A stretch of DNA of 64,000 bases. Origin: an uncultured delta proteobacterium. Its GTDB lineage: Bacteria > Desulfobacterota > Binatia > Binatales > Binataceae. The notes under the pieces are model-generated. The model made no database searches. It was not told the DNA's origin and worked only from the letters and a program-made list of their open reading frames with translations. Position numbers and translations under genes: made by a program. The DNA lies in the NCBI GenBank assembly GCA_963808235.1, contig CAWEEQ010000004.1:1952001-2016000 (forward strand), written 5' to 3'. Each line of letters begins with the position of its first letter. Position 1 is the first letter of the stretch. Below are positions 27,825-37,000 of the stretch, piece after piece.

Positions 27825-28844
27825 ATGAAAGCAGCGGTGTTCAAGAAACAAGATCAGATGGCGGTGATCGAGGTGCCCAATCCGAGCGCCGGCGACGGAC
27901 AGGTCGTGCTCAAGGTCCACAACTGCGGAATCTGCGGCTCCGATCTGCACGCCGTGCAGTATGGACTCGGGATGGCGCCGGACACGGTGATGGGGCACGA
28001 GTTCTGCGGCGAGATTCATGAACTCGGCGCCGGCGTCGAAGATTATCGGGTCGGCGATCGCGTCACCTCGCTACCATACACGGCGTGCGGCATCTGCGAT
28101 TCGTGCGCGAGCGACGACGAGATGCACTGTTCGCATATTCGCTCGCTGGGTCTTGGGCAGCTGCCAGGTGCCTATGCGGAGTACGTGGTCTGCGGCGCGC
28201 GAAGCTTGCTGAAGCTCCCGGACAGCGTCGGCTCGCGCGCGGGCGCGCTGGTCGAGCCGCTCTCGGTCGGCCTTCACGGGGTGAATCGCTCGCACCTGAA
28301 ACCGGGCATGGGATGCGTCGTGATGGGCGCGGGACCAATCGGTCTGTCGACACTGATATGGGCCAAGGCAAAGGGCGCGGGAGCAGTTGTAGTATCTGAG
28401 CTCGCACCGGGTCGCACTGAGCTTGCGATGAGGCTCGGCGCGACCGCGGTCGCGAATCCGAGCAAGGAGGATCCCGCCGACAAGGTGCGATCGATAACCG
28501 GGCGCGCGCCGGAGATCGTCTTCGAATGCATCGGAGTCAAATCGACACTTAGCGCCGCAATCAACATGGTCGGCAGACGTGGGCGAGTCGTGGTGATCGG
28601 AGTGTGCATGGAGTCCGATAGCATCTACCCACTTAGCTGCGTGATGAAGGAAGTGAGCATCGATTTCGCGCTGGCCTACCGGCGCTCAGAGTTCCAGCAG
28701 ACTATCGACGCGCTCGCATCAGGCGCGATCGATGCGACCCCGATGATTACCGACGTGATCGACGTTGGCCAGGTGCCCGCGATGTTCGACGCGCTCAAGC
28801 ATCCGGGGACGCGGGCCAAGGTGATGGTCGAGTTTTCACATTAA
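27825..28844 (+). CDS. zinc-dependent alcohol dehydrogenase (MDR family)
   Basis: CGICGSDLH, GHEF, structural Zn CGICDSC..C, GAGPIG. Confidence 0.95.
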   Translation: MKAAVFKKQDQMAVIEVPNPSAGDGQVVLKVHNCGICGSDLHAVQYGLGMAPDTVMGHEFCGEIHELGAGVEDYRVGDRVTSLPYTACGICDSCASDDEMHCSHIRSLGLGQLPGAYAEYVVCGARSLLKLPDSVGSRAGALVEPLSVGLHGVNRSHLKPGMGCVVMGAGPIGLSTLIWAKAKGAGAVVVSELAPGRTELAMRLGATAVANPSKEDPADKVRSITGRAPEIVFECIGVKSTLSAAINMVGRRGRVVVIGVCMESDSIYPLSCVMKEVSIDFALAYRRSEFQQTIDALASGAIDATPMITDVIDVGQVPAMFDALKHPGTRAKVMVEFSH

Positions 28845-29121
28845 GTTGGATGCGGACGCAAGCGACTGCCGACCGTGGCGACGAGAATCATTTGCTTGAG
28901 CAGAGAACGCTCGCAGCTCTCCGCCCAGGTTACTTACTGGTGACCTACTTGCCCTTGCCGCAGCAATCTTTATAGGCCTTACCTGAGCCGCACGCACACT
29001 TGTCGTTTGGATTTTGCATTTCCGTACCTCCTGGATCTCAAATCCGGATTCGGTTAGCAATGCGTCGAGCGAGTAGTGTCCTGATTCCGAACCAGACACT
29101 ACTGTCGACAGCTCACGCTAT

Positions 29122-29505
29122 CTAAAGGCCAAAGAACTCGTGAAGGCCCCGGGGTGGCGGAACGTCGTACTGCGGCCCCGCTCCATAATAATATGGCTGA
29201 GGCGCGTAGTAGTAGTCCGGATAGCCGCCTCCACCTCCCCAGTAGCCGCGACCGCCTCCCCAGTAGCCACCGCCTCCGTGGTAGTAGCCGCGACCGCCTC
29301 CCCAGTAGCCACCGCCTCCGTGGTAGTAGCCGCCACCACCGCGATGACCACCGCCGCGATGGTCGGCGTGCGCCGGTCCGGCCGCGAAGCTGCCAATCAC
29401 GAGGGTAAATGCGATAGCGCCGGCGATCCGGGCTATCTTAGAGCACAATTCCTTTTTCGATACTTGCATAGTGACACTCCGTCGCGGGATCGACTCCCAC
29501 TTCAC
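29122..29505 (-). CDS. small secreted Gly/Tyr-rich protein (alternative start ATG 29469)
   Basis: Signal peptide ...GSFAAGPAHA, repeats GGGYYHGGGGYW, Pro/Tyr tail; GTGA overlap with the upstream Spy-like gene. Confidence 0.7.
   Translation of the reverse strand: MKWESIPRRSVTMQVSKKELCSKIARIAGAIAFTLVIGSFAAGPAHADHRGGGHRGGGGYYHGGGGYWGGGRGYYHGGGGYWGGGRGYWGGGGGYPDYYYAPQPYYYGAGPQYDVPPPRGLHEFFGL
29241..29324. repeat. perfect 42-bp tandem duplication (2 copies) inside the Gly-rich gene
   Basis: agtagccgcgaccgcctccccagtagccaccgcctccgtggt x2. Confidence 0.9.
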
Positions 29506-30008
29506 CTTGCTGCGGTCTGTTTTGCAGCCGAAGCCTTTTCGCGAGTGCGGAACAGCGAGTCCGCGGTCTTCTTCTGCGCGTCCGACATTGTGTTGTAGAG
29601 AGCCTCGAAGGGCGGAACGAATTTCTTCATTCCATCTTCATGCGCCTGGATGACCGGCTCATATGATTTGAGCACGTCGACGGCGCTCATTGACCGCGCG
29701 TCTGCGGCCCGCTCTTTCTGAAGCTTCGCCATCGATTCCGCGTTATCGCGCATCACCTGGGCAAGGTTGTCCCATTGTGGTTTCTGAGCGGCGGTGATGT
29801 GGAGCTGTTTGTGCAGCTCCTTGATACGCACTTCGACGTCAGCGTTACTGGCAGATTTCGCTGCGGGCGCCGCCATCGCCTGCTGTGAGGACGGCTGCGC
29901 CGGGCTCTCGCTTGAGGCCGCAAACAAAGGGCTGGCGAGAGCGACTGCGCCGAGAAGAGTTACCGCCGCGCTAGCTGCGCGTGCGGCTGGGTGCTTGAAA
30001 AGGACCAT
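29502..30008 (-). CDS. Spy/CpxP (LTXXQ) family periplasmic protein
   Basis: Signal peptide, LHITAAQKPQW and LYNTMSDAQKKTADSLF motifs; AAGGAG RBS before ATG 30008. Confidence 0.85.
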   Translation of the reverse strand: MVLFKHPAARAASAAVTLLGAVALASPLFAASSESPAQPSSQQAMAAPAAKSASNADVEVRIKELHKQLHITAAQKPQWDNLAQVMRDNAESMAKLQKERAADARSMSAVDVLKSYEPVIQAHEDGMKKFVPPFEALYNTMSDAQKKTADSLFRTREKASAAKQTAAR

Positions 30009-30327
30009 GATGTACACTCCTTAGTCAGTTACGGTTGACCAACCGTTGATGTATCCGCGTTTAAACTTCGTCATCGCTTTGCTTTGATTATTCCCTTGCG
30101 CTTGCGGCGTTCACTTTCCTCGGTCCACTATTAGCTTCTCACCAACTTCGACAAACATTCCATCCCCGTTCGCTCTATGACGTGCTCCAAAGCACATGGA
30201 TGCAACTACACGTAGATGCCGGTTAACTGGAAGGGCGGCTAGTAACCTCCGGAAACAATGAGAGCGGCAGCCCTCGATGCGATCCTGGTTCGCATCGCAG
30301 GCTGCCGCTCTCAGGCGAAAGACCTTA

Positions 30328-30645
30328 CTAATAGTTGCTGGTTGTCCTGGTCGAAGAGTGCTCACTCGAGTCGCCACTGGGCGAGTCGCTGGTCGAGTTC
30401 GATGACGATGAGTGTTCGGTGGTTGTTGCCGGCGCGATCGGTGCGGGCGCCACGACTATTGCGGGAGGGGCGACTACTACCGGAGCCGGGTATACCGCGA
30501 CGGCGGCCGGTGCCGGCGCCGAAGTTGTGGTCTCGCTGGTCCGGTCCGAGGTTGTGGTGTCAGTCTGGGCGAATCCGACCGCAACGCTTCCGAACAGCAC
30601 TGCGACACCAAAGGACAATGCTGTAGCTTTCAATGAGTGTTTCAC
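30328..30645 (-). CDS. small secreted Ser/Thr/Pro-rich protein
   Basis: GGAGG RBS, signal peptide ...VAVGFAQ, low-complexity mature part. Confidence 0.65.
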   Translation of the reverse strand: MKHSLKATALSFGVAVLFGSVAVGFAQTDTTTSDRTSETTTSAPAPAAVAVYPAPVVVAPPAIVVAPAPIAPATTTEHSSSSNSTSDSPSGDSSEHSSTRTTSNY

Positions 30646-30886
30646 AATAGTACCTCCATACCTTCTTGACTCTAGAGTAAGAGCGAATTGCGCCAGCTAA
30701 CAAGGACGTCGGCGGTGCCGATTACAGTTTGAGTGCTCCGGAGCACTCGGCGTACGCAATAGTGATGATCCGGATGCCTTACATACGACACGAGCCGGTA
30801 ATAGTCCGAGCTTCAGGCCTGTATTCTCTTTGTGCTAAGAAGGCGCAAGGTGGTGATCTAATTTTCGCGATTGAATGGAGCGTGCA

Positions 30887-32245
30887 ATGGACGTCGACGA
30901 GTTGTTCGCGGGAATTTGCGATCGGATTCCGGACGCGATGGCCAAGCACAAGGTCCCCGGCGTCGTGCTTGGAATCGTGTGCGAGGGGCGCGAGCTCATC
31001 AAGGGGTTCGGTGTCACCAGCATCCGCAATCCACTGCCGGTTGATGACGCGACACTCTTTCAAATTGGCTCGACGACGAAGACCTTCACCGCTACGGCCT
31101 TGATGCGCCTGGTCGAGGCCGAGCAGCTCGCGCTTGACCAACCTATTCGAAGCTACCTGCCGGACTTCACGATGCGCGATCGCGAGGTCACTACGTGCCT
31201 CACGCTGCGTCATGTGCTTACCCATGTAGGCGGCTGGGACGGCGACTACTTTCCTGACGCCGGCAACGGCGACGACGCGCTCGCGAACTACGTCAGGTTG
31301 CTGGCGGACCTGCCGCAACTCACGAAGCTCGGCACCATCCTCTCGTATAACAACTCCGCGTTCTCAATCGCGGGCCGGGTGATCGAGGTAGTGACGGGTA
31401 AGACCTATGAATCGGCGCTCAAGGAACTGGTGCTCGAGCCATTAGGACTGAGGCATTCATTTCTGTTCCCGACCGACGTGATGACCCATCGCTTCGCGGT
31501 CGGTCACACGACGGTCGCGGACCAGACGATCGTGCTTCGTCCGTGGCATTTGACGCGTGCGTGCGGACCGGCGGGCGGAATCGCGGCGTCGATGAACGAT
31601 CAGCTCCGTTACGCGCGCTTCCATCTTGGCGACGGGACTGCGGAGGACGGCTCGCGAGTGCTCAGGCCGGAATCGATCGCGATGATGCAGACGCCGACTG
31701 ATGTTCGGGTGCTCGACATCAGAATGGGGCTCGCGTGGAGGACTTACGATATCGGCGGACCCCGGCGCGTCTTTCACGGTGGCGGAACCTACGGACAAAT
31801 CTCGGCCTTCACGATGACTCCGGCGCGCAAGTTCGCTCTCGCGCTCACCACCAATTCGACCAGCGGCGGACTCTTCACAACCGAAGTGACCAAGGGCCTG
31901 GTGGCGAAGTTCCTTGGCGCCGACGCACCCGAGCCAGTCGAGATTTCGATGAGTCCAACCCAGCTGGATGAGTACTCGGGGCGCTACTTGCAGGCCTCCG
32001 GAGATCTGGAGCTCAAGACGGACGCCGGCAAGCTTATTGTGCAAGTTCATCCTAAGGGCGGCTTTCCGACCAAAGAAACACCGCCAGGGCCACTGCCGAC
32101 GCCATTTCGAATCGGGCTGGTTGGTAAGGATCGCGTCGCGATGGTCGAGCCGCCGATGAAGGATATCCAGGGCGAGTTCCTTAGAAATAGGGATGGCTCG
32201 ATAGCGTGGCTGCGCTGGGGCCATCGAATCCACGCGCGCGCATAA
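30887..32245 (+). CDS. serine hydrolase, beta-lactamase/AmpC-like family
   Basis: SxxK (GSTTK), YxN (SYNN), HGG motifs. Confidence 0.93.
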   Translation: MDVDELFAGICDRIPDAMAKHKVPGVVLGIVCEGRELIKGFGVTSIRNPLPVDDATLFQIGSTTKTFTATALMRLVEAEQLALDQPIRSYLPDFTMRDREVTTCLTLRHVLTHVGGWDGDYFPDAGNGDDALANYVRLLADLPQLTKLGTILSYNNSAFSIAGRVIEVVTGKTYESALKELVLEPLGLRHSFLFPTDVMTHRFAVGHTTVADQTIVLRPWHLTRACGPAGGIAASMNDQLRYARFHLGDGTAEDGSRVLRPESIAMMQTPTDVRVLDIRMGLAWRTYDIGGPRRVFHGGGTYGQISAFTMTPARKFALALTTNSTSGGLFTTEVTKGLVAKFLGADAPEPVEISMSPTQLDEYSGRYLQASGDLELKTDAGKLIVQVHPKGGFPTKETPPGPLPTPFRIGLVGKDRVAMVEPPMKDIQGEFLRNRDGSIAWLRWGHRIHARA

Positions 32246-32260
32246 GCAGCGCTCTCGAGC

Positions 32261-32875
32261 TCATCTCGTGACAGCTAGCGGCATCAGGAGTTCGATCCAG
32301 AACAGACCCATAAGATAGGCGACCCAGATGTCGCTCGCCCAGTGCGCGCCTAGCACTATCCTGGCGCATGCTCCTACAATCAAAGCGGCCGCACTGAGAA
32401 TCGGAATCGCAATTGCCGTCGCGCTCCGCGATAGCCGGAACGCTAACAATCCCAGATATCCAAAGGTAGCCATGTAGATAAGTCCAAAGATGGAAGGGAA
32501 CGCATAGCCCTTTGGCTTTCCGACAACTCCTATAAGCACCGGTGAAGGTCGCGGCTGGGCTACATGAGGACTTAGCCAGAATCCGAAAAGGAACAGACCG
32601 AAAAAGACCGGTATAGCTACCAACGCTGCGCGCCATCCACTTATAGCCCACGCAGCTACTATGGTCATCGCAAGTAGAACGACCCACCAAGGTTTATCCG
32701 CGCTAGCTGTTATCCACTCAGCTATGGAGATAGGCATCGGAACGAACGACTGTATCGCTCGCGCGATCGTCAGATCAGTGGGAAAGTAGGCTAGGTGCGA
32801 CGCAGCGAATGCTAACAGCGTGATCGCTACAGCCATGGCAAGCAGCGATAGGATCCTGGTCATGCTGTTCGCCAT
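32261..32875 (-). CDS. PAP2 family membrane phosphatase
   Basis: QPRP, YAFPS, ARIVLGAHWASD; the second motif is degenerate (PSIF instead of PSGH). Confidence 0.8.
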   Translation of the reverse strand: MANSMTRILSLLAMAVAITLLAFAASHLAYFPTDLTIARAIQSFVPMPISIAEWITASADKPWWVVLLAMTIVAAWAISGWRAALVAIPVFFGLFLFGFWLSPHVAQPRPSPVLIGVVGKPKGYAFPSIFGLIYMATFGYLGLLAFRLSRSATAIAIPILSAAALIVGACARIVLGAHWASDIWVAYLMGLFWIELLMPLAVTR

Positions 32876-32914
32876 AGGGGTGCAGATCCCGCTACGTCAT
32901 CCTTGACAAAGAGA

Positions 32915-33745
32915 TCAGAGGGCGAAGAGTTGCCTGATTGCGGCGAGCGACTCGGGCTCGGTTAGGGACGGGGCGTGGCCGACGCCGGGGACTTCGATGC
33001 TGGTTGCGCCGCGGAGCACCTGGCACATGCGAGTTGCGGTCGCGCGCGGAAGGATATCGCTCTCGGCGCCGCGGACGATAAGCGTCGGGCATTCGATCCG
33101 CGCATAGGGTACCCACAAGTCGAGTCGATTGGCCGCAGTCGCGCCGCGCAGGGGGCGGCGGACATTGGGATCGATCTTCCACTTCAGCCCGTCACCGTCG
33201 GGTTTAACCGACCATTTCACCTGTTCCGCGACGATATCGTGGGGGAGTTTCGCGATCGCCGGATAGTTGGCCTGGTAGTAGTTGACGACCTCGCTCATGT
33301 TGTTGAAGCGATCCGGCGCCGAGCCAAAGTAAGCGGCGATGCGCGCCGCGCCGGCCGGATCGATTTCGGGTCCTATATCGTTGAGCACCAGGCGCTCGAC
33401 CCGCTCGGGCCATCCGCCGGCATACATGATGGAAATAATTCCGCCCATCGAGGTGCCGATGAGGCTGGTCCGTGTGACTCCGATCGAATCGAGCATCGCG
33501 GCCAGATCGGTTACATAATTTTGCGGCAGATAATCCGTGGGCGGACCCCACTGGCTATCGCCGCGGCCGCGCACGTCGATCGAGATGACGTGATAGCTGC
33601 CCTCGAGGTGGCGAGCGAGATCGTCGAAGTTGTGCGCGTTGCCGGAGAGACCGTGAATGCATACCACCCACGGGCGCGCATCGTTTCCGTAATCGATATA
33701 GTGAAGGCGAAGATCGCCCACGGTGACAAATTTGTCTGCTGCCAT
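32915..33745 (-). CDS. alpha/beta hydrolase
   Basis: CIHGLS, DVRGRGDS, GTSMGG, RGAESD, VGHAP; ATG 33745 overlaps the stop codon of the Crp/Fnr gene. Confidence 0.92.
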   Translation of the reverse strand: MAADKFVTVGDLRLHYIDYGNDARPWVVCIHGLSGNAHNFDDLARHLEGSYHVISIDVRGRGDSQWGPPTDYLPQNYVTDLAAMLDSIGVTRTSLIGTSMGGIISIMYAGGWPERVERLVLNDIGPEIDPAGAARIAAYFGSAPDRFNNMSEVVNYYQANYPAIAKLPHDIVAEQVKWSVKPDGDGLKWKIDPNVRRPLRGATAANRLDLWVPYARIECPTLIVRGAESDILPRATATRMCQVLRGATSIEVPGVGHAPSLTEPESLAAIRQLFAL

Positions 33746-34467
33746 TATTTCCCCGGAGTTCTGTTTGCCTGCGGCGTCTGCGCAAGCTGCCATAATTTCT
33801 CGGGCACGATAATCAGCCGGCGACCGTCGCGGATGATAACGTGCTCGCGCTCGAAGTCGTTCAGTTGCTCGGTGGTGCGTTGACGCGAAGCGCCCACCAG
33901 CTCCGCGAGGTCCGCGTGAGTGAGCTTGATCGTCAGCAGCGTCCCGCGCGAATCGCGCACTCCGAATTTTTCCGCCAGTTCGAGCAACGCGCCGGCCAGC
34001 CGCTCCCGCAGTCCAAGCCCGACGAAGTTCGCGTAGCGCACCACCATCCCCCACCATCGACCAACAGTCGCGTCGAGGACGAGGCTCAGACGCTCGAGCG
34101 GAACACCGAGCACAGTATCCACAAAGAGGTCGGGTTTGACCACCGCGACGGTGCAGTCGCTATACGCCTCGCATCGAAACGGCCGCGTCGTCTGCGGTAG
34201 CAGCGACGACAAACCGAAGACCTCGCCGGGGCCGACGAAGCCGACCAGCACGCGTTGCTGGCGATTGACGTAGCAAAGCTTGGCGACCCCTGAGATGAGG
34301 ATGTAAACCCGGCTCGAGGCCTCGCCTTCCATGAAAATGGCGTCGTCGCGCGGGACTCTCAGTGCCGTGGCGTTGGCTGCGAGGCGAGCGGCCTGATCGC
34401 CACGCATCCAGGAAAGAGTCCGCAGTCTGGTTAGTGATTTTGGGTCGATCGCTGGTTGCGCAGACAT
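33745..34467 (-). CDS. Crp/Fnr family transcriptional regulator
   Basis: cNMP-like domain (IFMEGE, SGVAK, GPGEVFG) plus HTH LTHADLAELVGASRQRTTEQL. Confidence 0.93.
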   Translation of the reverse strand: MSAQPAIDPKSLTRLRTLSWMRGDQAARLAANATALRVPRDDAIFMEGEASSRVYILISGVAKLCYVNRQQRVLVGFVGPGEVFGLSSLLPQTTRPFRCEAYSDCTVAVVKPDLFVDTVLGVPLERLSLVLDATVGRWWGMVVRYANFVGLGLRERLAGALLELAEKFGVRDSRGTLLTIKLTHADLAELVGASRQRTTEQLNDFEREHVIIRDGRRLIIVPEKLWQLAQTPQANRTPGK

Positions 34468-34497
34468 GTCGGGGTAGTTAGCACAGGCGTTCGCAGA

Positions 34498-34563
34498 TGT
34501 CGCGGATGTGACCATCGGCGGGAATTTTTGTCGCTATGGACAGCTTTGGTCGCGACCGTGACA
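34498..34563. promoter_or_regulatory. two Crp-family (CooA-like) palindromic boxes
   Basis: TGTCG-N6-TGACC (34498-34513) and GGTCG-N6-TGACA (34548-34563), exactly 50 bp apart, between the divergent genes. Confidence 0.55.
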
Positions 34564-34686
34564 AACTTAAGCGTAGCTAATTGTTGACCTAACTGTCATA
34601 TTACCTCAACTTCTTTACTGTAAATTTCCAAACCGAAAATTTTTAATCGTCAATCGAGGATCGAAGCGACCCAAGGGGAAACTATT

Positions 34687-35304
34687 ATGGAAGCTAAAAA
34701 AATTGACGACGCCGCGGCCGGGAATCAAAACTCCGCCAATCACAACTCCGCCGCCGCTTCTTTTTCCGAAGAGACTCTGAAGCTTGCGCAGTGCCTGATG
34801 CCGGTGCCGCCGACCGCTAAAATAAGGCGACTGGTAGATACCGCGGCGGTCGAAGTCGAAAAGGAACTGAGCGAACTCGCGTGGAAGGCATACGACTCAA
34901 TCGTCGGACTTGCCAATCGCACGACCAACCAGGTGTTCAGCAACCAGCGGGTCGGACAAGCGCTCGGCGGCTCGATCGATCTGATGCTGCGATGGCAGCG
35001 GTTCAACCACGCGGTGGCGGGGGCGTTGTTTTCGGCGCTGTGGCCGGCGGTGGGACTTCCGACCGGGTCGGAGGTGGCCGCGGTGCGCGCCGATATCCGC
35101 GGGCTTCGCGAGGAATTGCGCGCGGCGGTGGCCGAAGCCGAGACCAATGAAGATTACGCGCGCGAGCTTCACGAAGCGGTGCGTCACTCAATGGTCAACG
35201 GCCCTGATTCCGCTCACGAGCGCAAATCGAGTGCACGGCAGATCGCGGTATGGTCCGGATGGGCGGGCGGCGAGCACATGGAGATAAAAGATGTCGGCAA
35301 TTAG
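34687..35304 (+). CDS. short PhaE/PhaR-like PHA synthase accessory subunit
   Basis: C-terminal VGLPTGSEVAAVRADIRGLREEL resembles the PhaE/PhaR LPTRxEV coiled-coil motif; overlaps the phaC start. Confidence 0.6.
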   Translation: MEAKKIDDAAAGNQNSANHNSAAASFSEETLKLAQCLMPVPPTAKIRRLVDTAAVEVEKELSELAWKAYDSIVGLANRTTNQVFSNQRVGQALGGSIDLMLRWQRFNHAVAGALFSALWPAVGLPTGSEVAAVRADIRGLREELRAAVAEAETNEDYARELHEAVRHSMVNGPDSAHERKSSARQIAVWSGWAGGEHMEIKDVGN

Positions 35305-36355
35305 CGAAGTAGCGTCATTCTGGATGGAAGGCGCGATGCGCACGATCGACGCGTTTCGCAACGGCTTCGGCATCTCGATGGACGATCCCGAGCCGGCGAC
35401 TCCGTCGCGCGTCATCTACGAGTCGGGTTTGTGCCGGCTCCGCCATTACGAGGCGCGCGGCAGCGTGAAGCATCGCGTTCCGCTGCTGCTAATCTACTCG
35501 CTGATCAAACGGCCGTTCATCCTGGACCTGCGTCCCGGCCGGAGCGTGATCGAGCACCTGGTGAACCAGGGCTTCACGGTTTATCTGATTGACTGGATTC
35601 CGCCGTCAGCCGCCGACAAGGGGCGCGGCTTCGACGCGTACGTAAACGAGGACATCGCCAACGCGGTGCGCGCGATCCAGATTCATAGCGGGGTCGAGCA
35701 GATCTCGATTCTCGGCTACTGCTTCGGGGCGCTACTTGCGCTGATGTACACGGCGCTGCACGGCAATAACGTAAAGAATCTTGTCTCGCTGACAGTTCCG
35801 CTCGACACCAGCGCGCGCGATCTTCCGATCGAGCATCTGACCGCCGCGATGACCGCGCGCAGCGCCGAGATGATCGTCGAGATTTACGGCAATGCGCCGG
35901 CGTGGATGCTATACTCGTTCTTCAACACGCTCGCGCCGACTCATCATATGCTCGACAAGTTCGTGGGCGCGTATCGGAGTTCTGCGCGGCCGGGATTCCT
36001 CGAGACCTTCCGGCTGTTCGAGCAATGGCTGCATAGCGACGTGCCGATGGCGGGAAAGATTTTCATCGAGACGAGTGCGATGTGGCGCGACAATTCGTTT
36101 CTCAAAGGTGAAATGAAGGTGGGCAAGACGGTCGCGGATCTCAAGAAGATCGAGGCGCCGTTGCTCAACGTGATCGGCGACTTCGATGACATCGTGAATC
36201 CGCGCTCGAGTGAGCCGCTACCGGAACTGGTCTCGAGCGCCGACAAACGCAACCTCCACTATCCGACCGGGCACATGGGAGCGGCGGTAAGTTCGGACTC
36301 GCTGAAGCGGTTGTGGCCGCAAATTTCCAATTGGCTGGCGGAACGGGACAACTAA
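35291..36355 (+). CDS. phaC: class III/IV-type polyhydroxyalkanoate synthase PhaC
   Basis: 354 aa; TP..VIYE, PLLLIYSLIKRPFILDL.PGRS, VYLIDW, lipase box GYCFG, catalytic D (DFDDIV) and H (TGHMG). Confidence 0.88.
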   Translation: MSAISEVASFWMEGAMRTIDAFRNGFGISMDDPEPATPSRVIYESGLCRLRHYEARGSVKHRVPLLLIYSLIKRPFILDLRPGRSVIEHLVNQGFTVYLIDWIPPSAADKGRGFDAYVNEDIANAVRAIQIHSGVEQISILGYCFGALLALMYTALHGNNVKNLVSLTVPLDTSARDLPIEHLTAAMTARSAEMIVEIYGNAPAWMLYSFFNTLAPTHHMLDKFVGAYRSSARPGFLETFRLFEQWLHSDVPMAGKIFIETSAMWRDNSFLKGEMKVGKTVADLKKIEAPLLNVIGDFDDIVNPRSSEPLPELVSSADKRNLHYPTGHMGAAVSSDSLKRLWPQISNWLAERDN

Positions 36356-36491
36356 ACACTAAACGGCTTGCGAACGTTCGAGAGCGTCACCAATGCGACA
36401 AAAGAAACCGACGAAAAGTGAATCGATGGGTAGTTTAGATAAACCAAACGGGGCGAAGACATCGCACCAAAAGTCCGCGGGAGAAAAAAAG

Positions 36492-36764
36492 ATGGCAGAG
36501 AAAGAAAGCGTGTCGGGAGTGTTCGAAAACGTCGCCAACCTGGGCGCCAAGCTGATCAACGTCGAAGGCGCGAAGAAGTTCGCCGCGTGGTATATCGACA
36601 CCACCGAGAAAGTCGCGAACCAGGCGATCGATTTCCAGGAGTCCGCGACGCAGTGGGCCAAGCAGACTCCGCTCGCGCCCATTTTCGCGGCGCAGTACGA
36701 GTACGGCAAGAAGATCGTCGAGCGTTCGGCCAACGCGGCGCGCTCGCTCTGGCGCCTCGAATAA
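36492..36764 (+). CDS. small helical protein, phasin-like
   Basis: About 90 aa amphipathic helical protein directly after phaC; GGAGA RBS. Confidence 0.55.
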   Translation: MAEKESVSGVFENVANLGAKLINVEGAKKFAAWYIDTTEKVANQAIDFQESATQWAKQTPLAPIFAAQYEYGKKIVERSANAARSLWRLE

Positions 36765-36800
36765 CTACGACCGAGTAAGAGTTCCTTCGATAAGAGATTG

Positions 36801-36828
36801 GAAGCGCGGCGCGAGAGCGCCGCGCTTT
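36801..36828 (+). terminator. GC-rich hairpin, probable terminator of the pha operon
   Basis: AAGCGCGGCGC-gaga-GCGCCGCGCTT with a short T run. Confidence 0.6.
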
Positions 36829-37000
36829 CGAGACTCGACCTGTGCTCGCCCGCCTATTTCGAAGGCGAGCGACTCGAAGCCGTCCCGCGCCCTGCCCGAT
36901 CGCTAACAACTCGTTGACGGCCGCTAGACTTTCAAGCGGCGCGATGATTGATTGCGCTCAATCGCGAATCATGGTCATCGGGCGAACTTACTGAGCAGTT

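Noticed and set aside
28836-29099. 87-aa minus-strand ORF, possible gene remnant
   Set aside because: No start signals or recognisable motif; cannot be supported.
30887-32245. Possible beta-lactam resistance gene
   Set aside because: No signal peptide, and HGG replaces KTG; typical cytoplasmic esterase/peptidase of the family.
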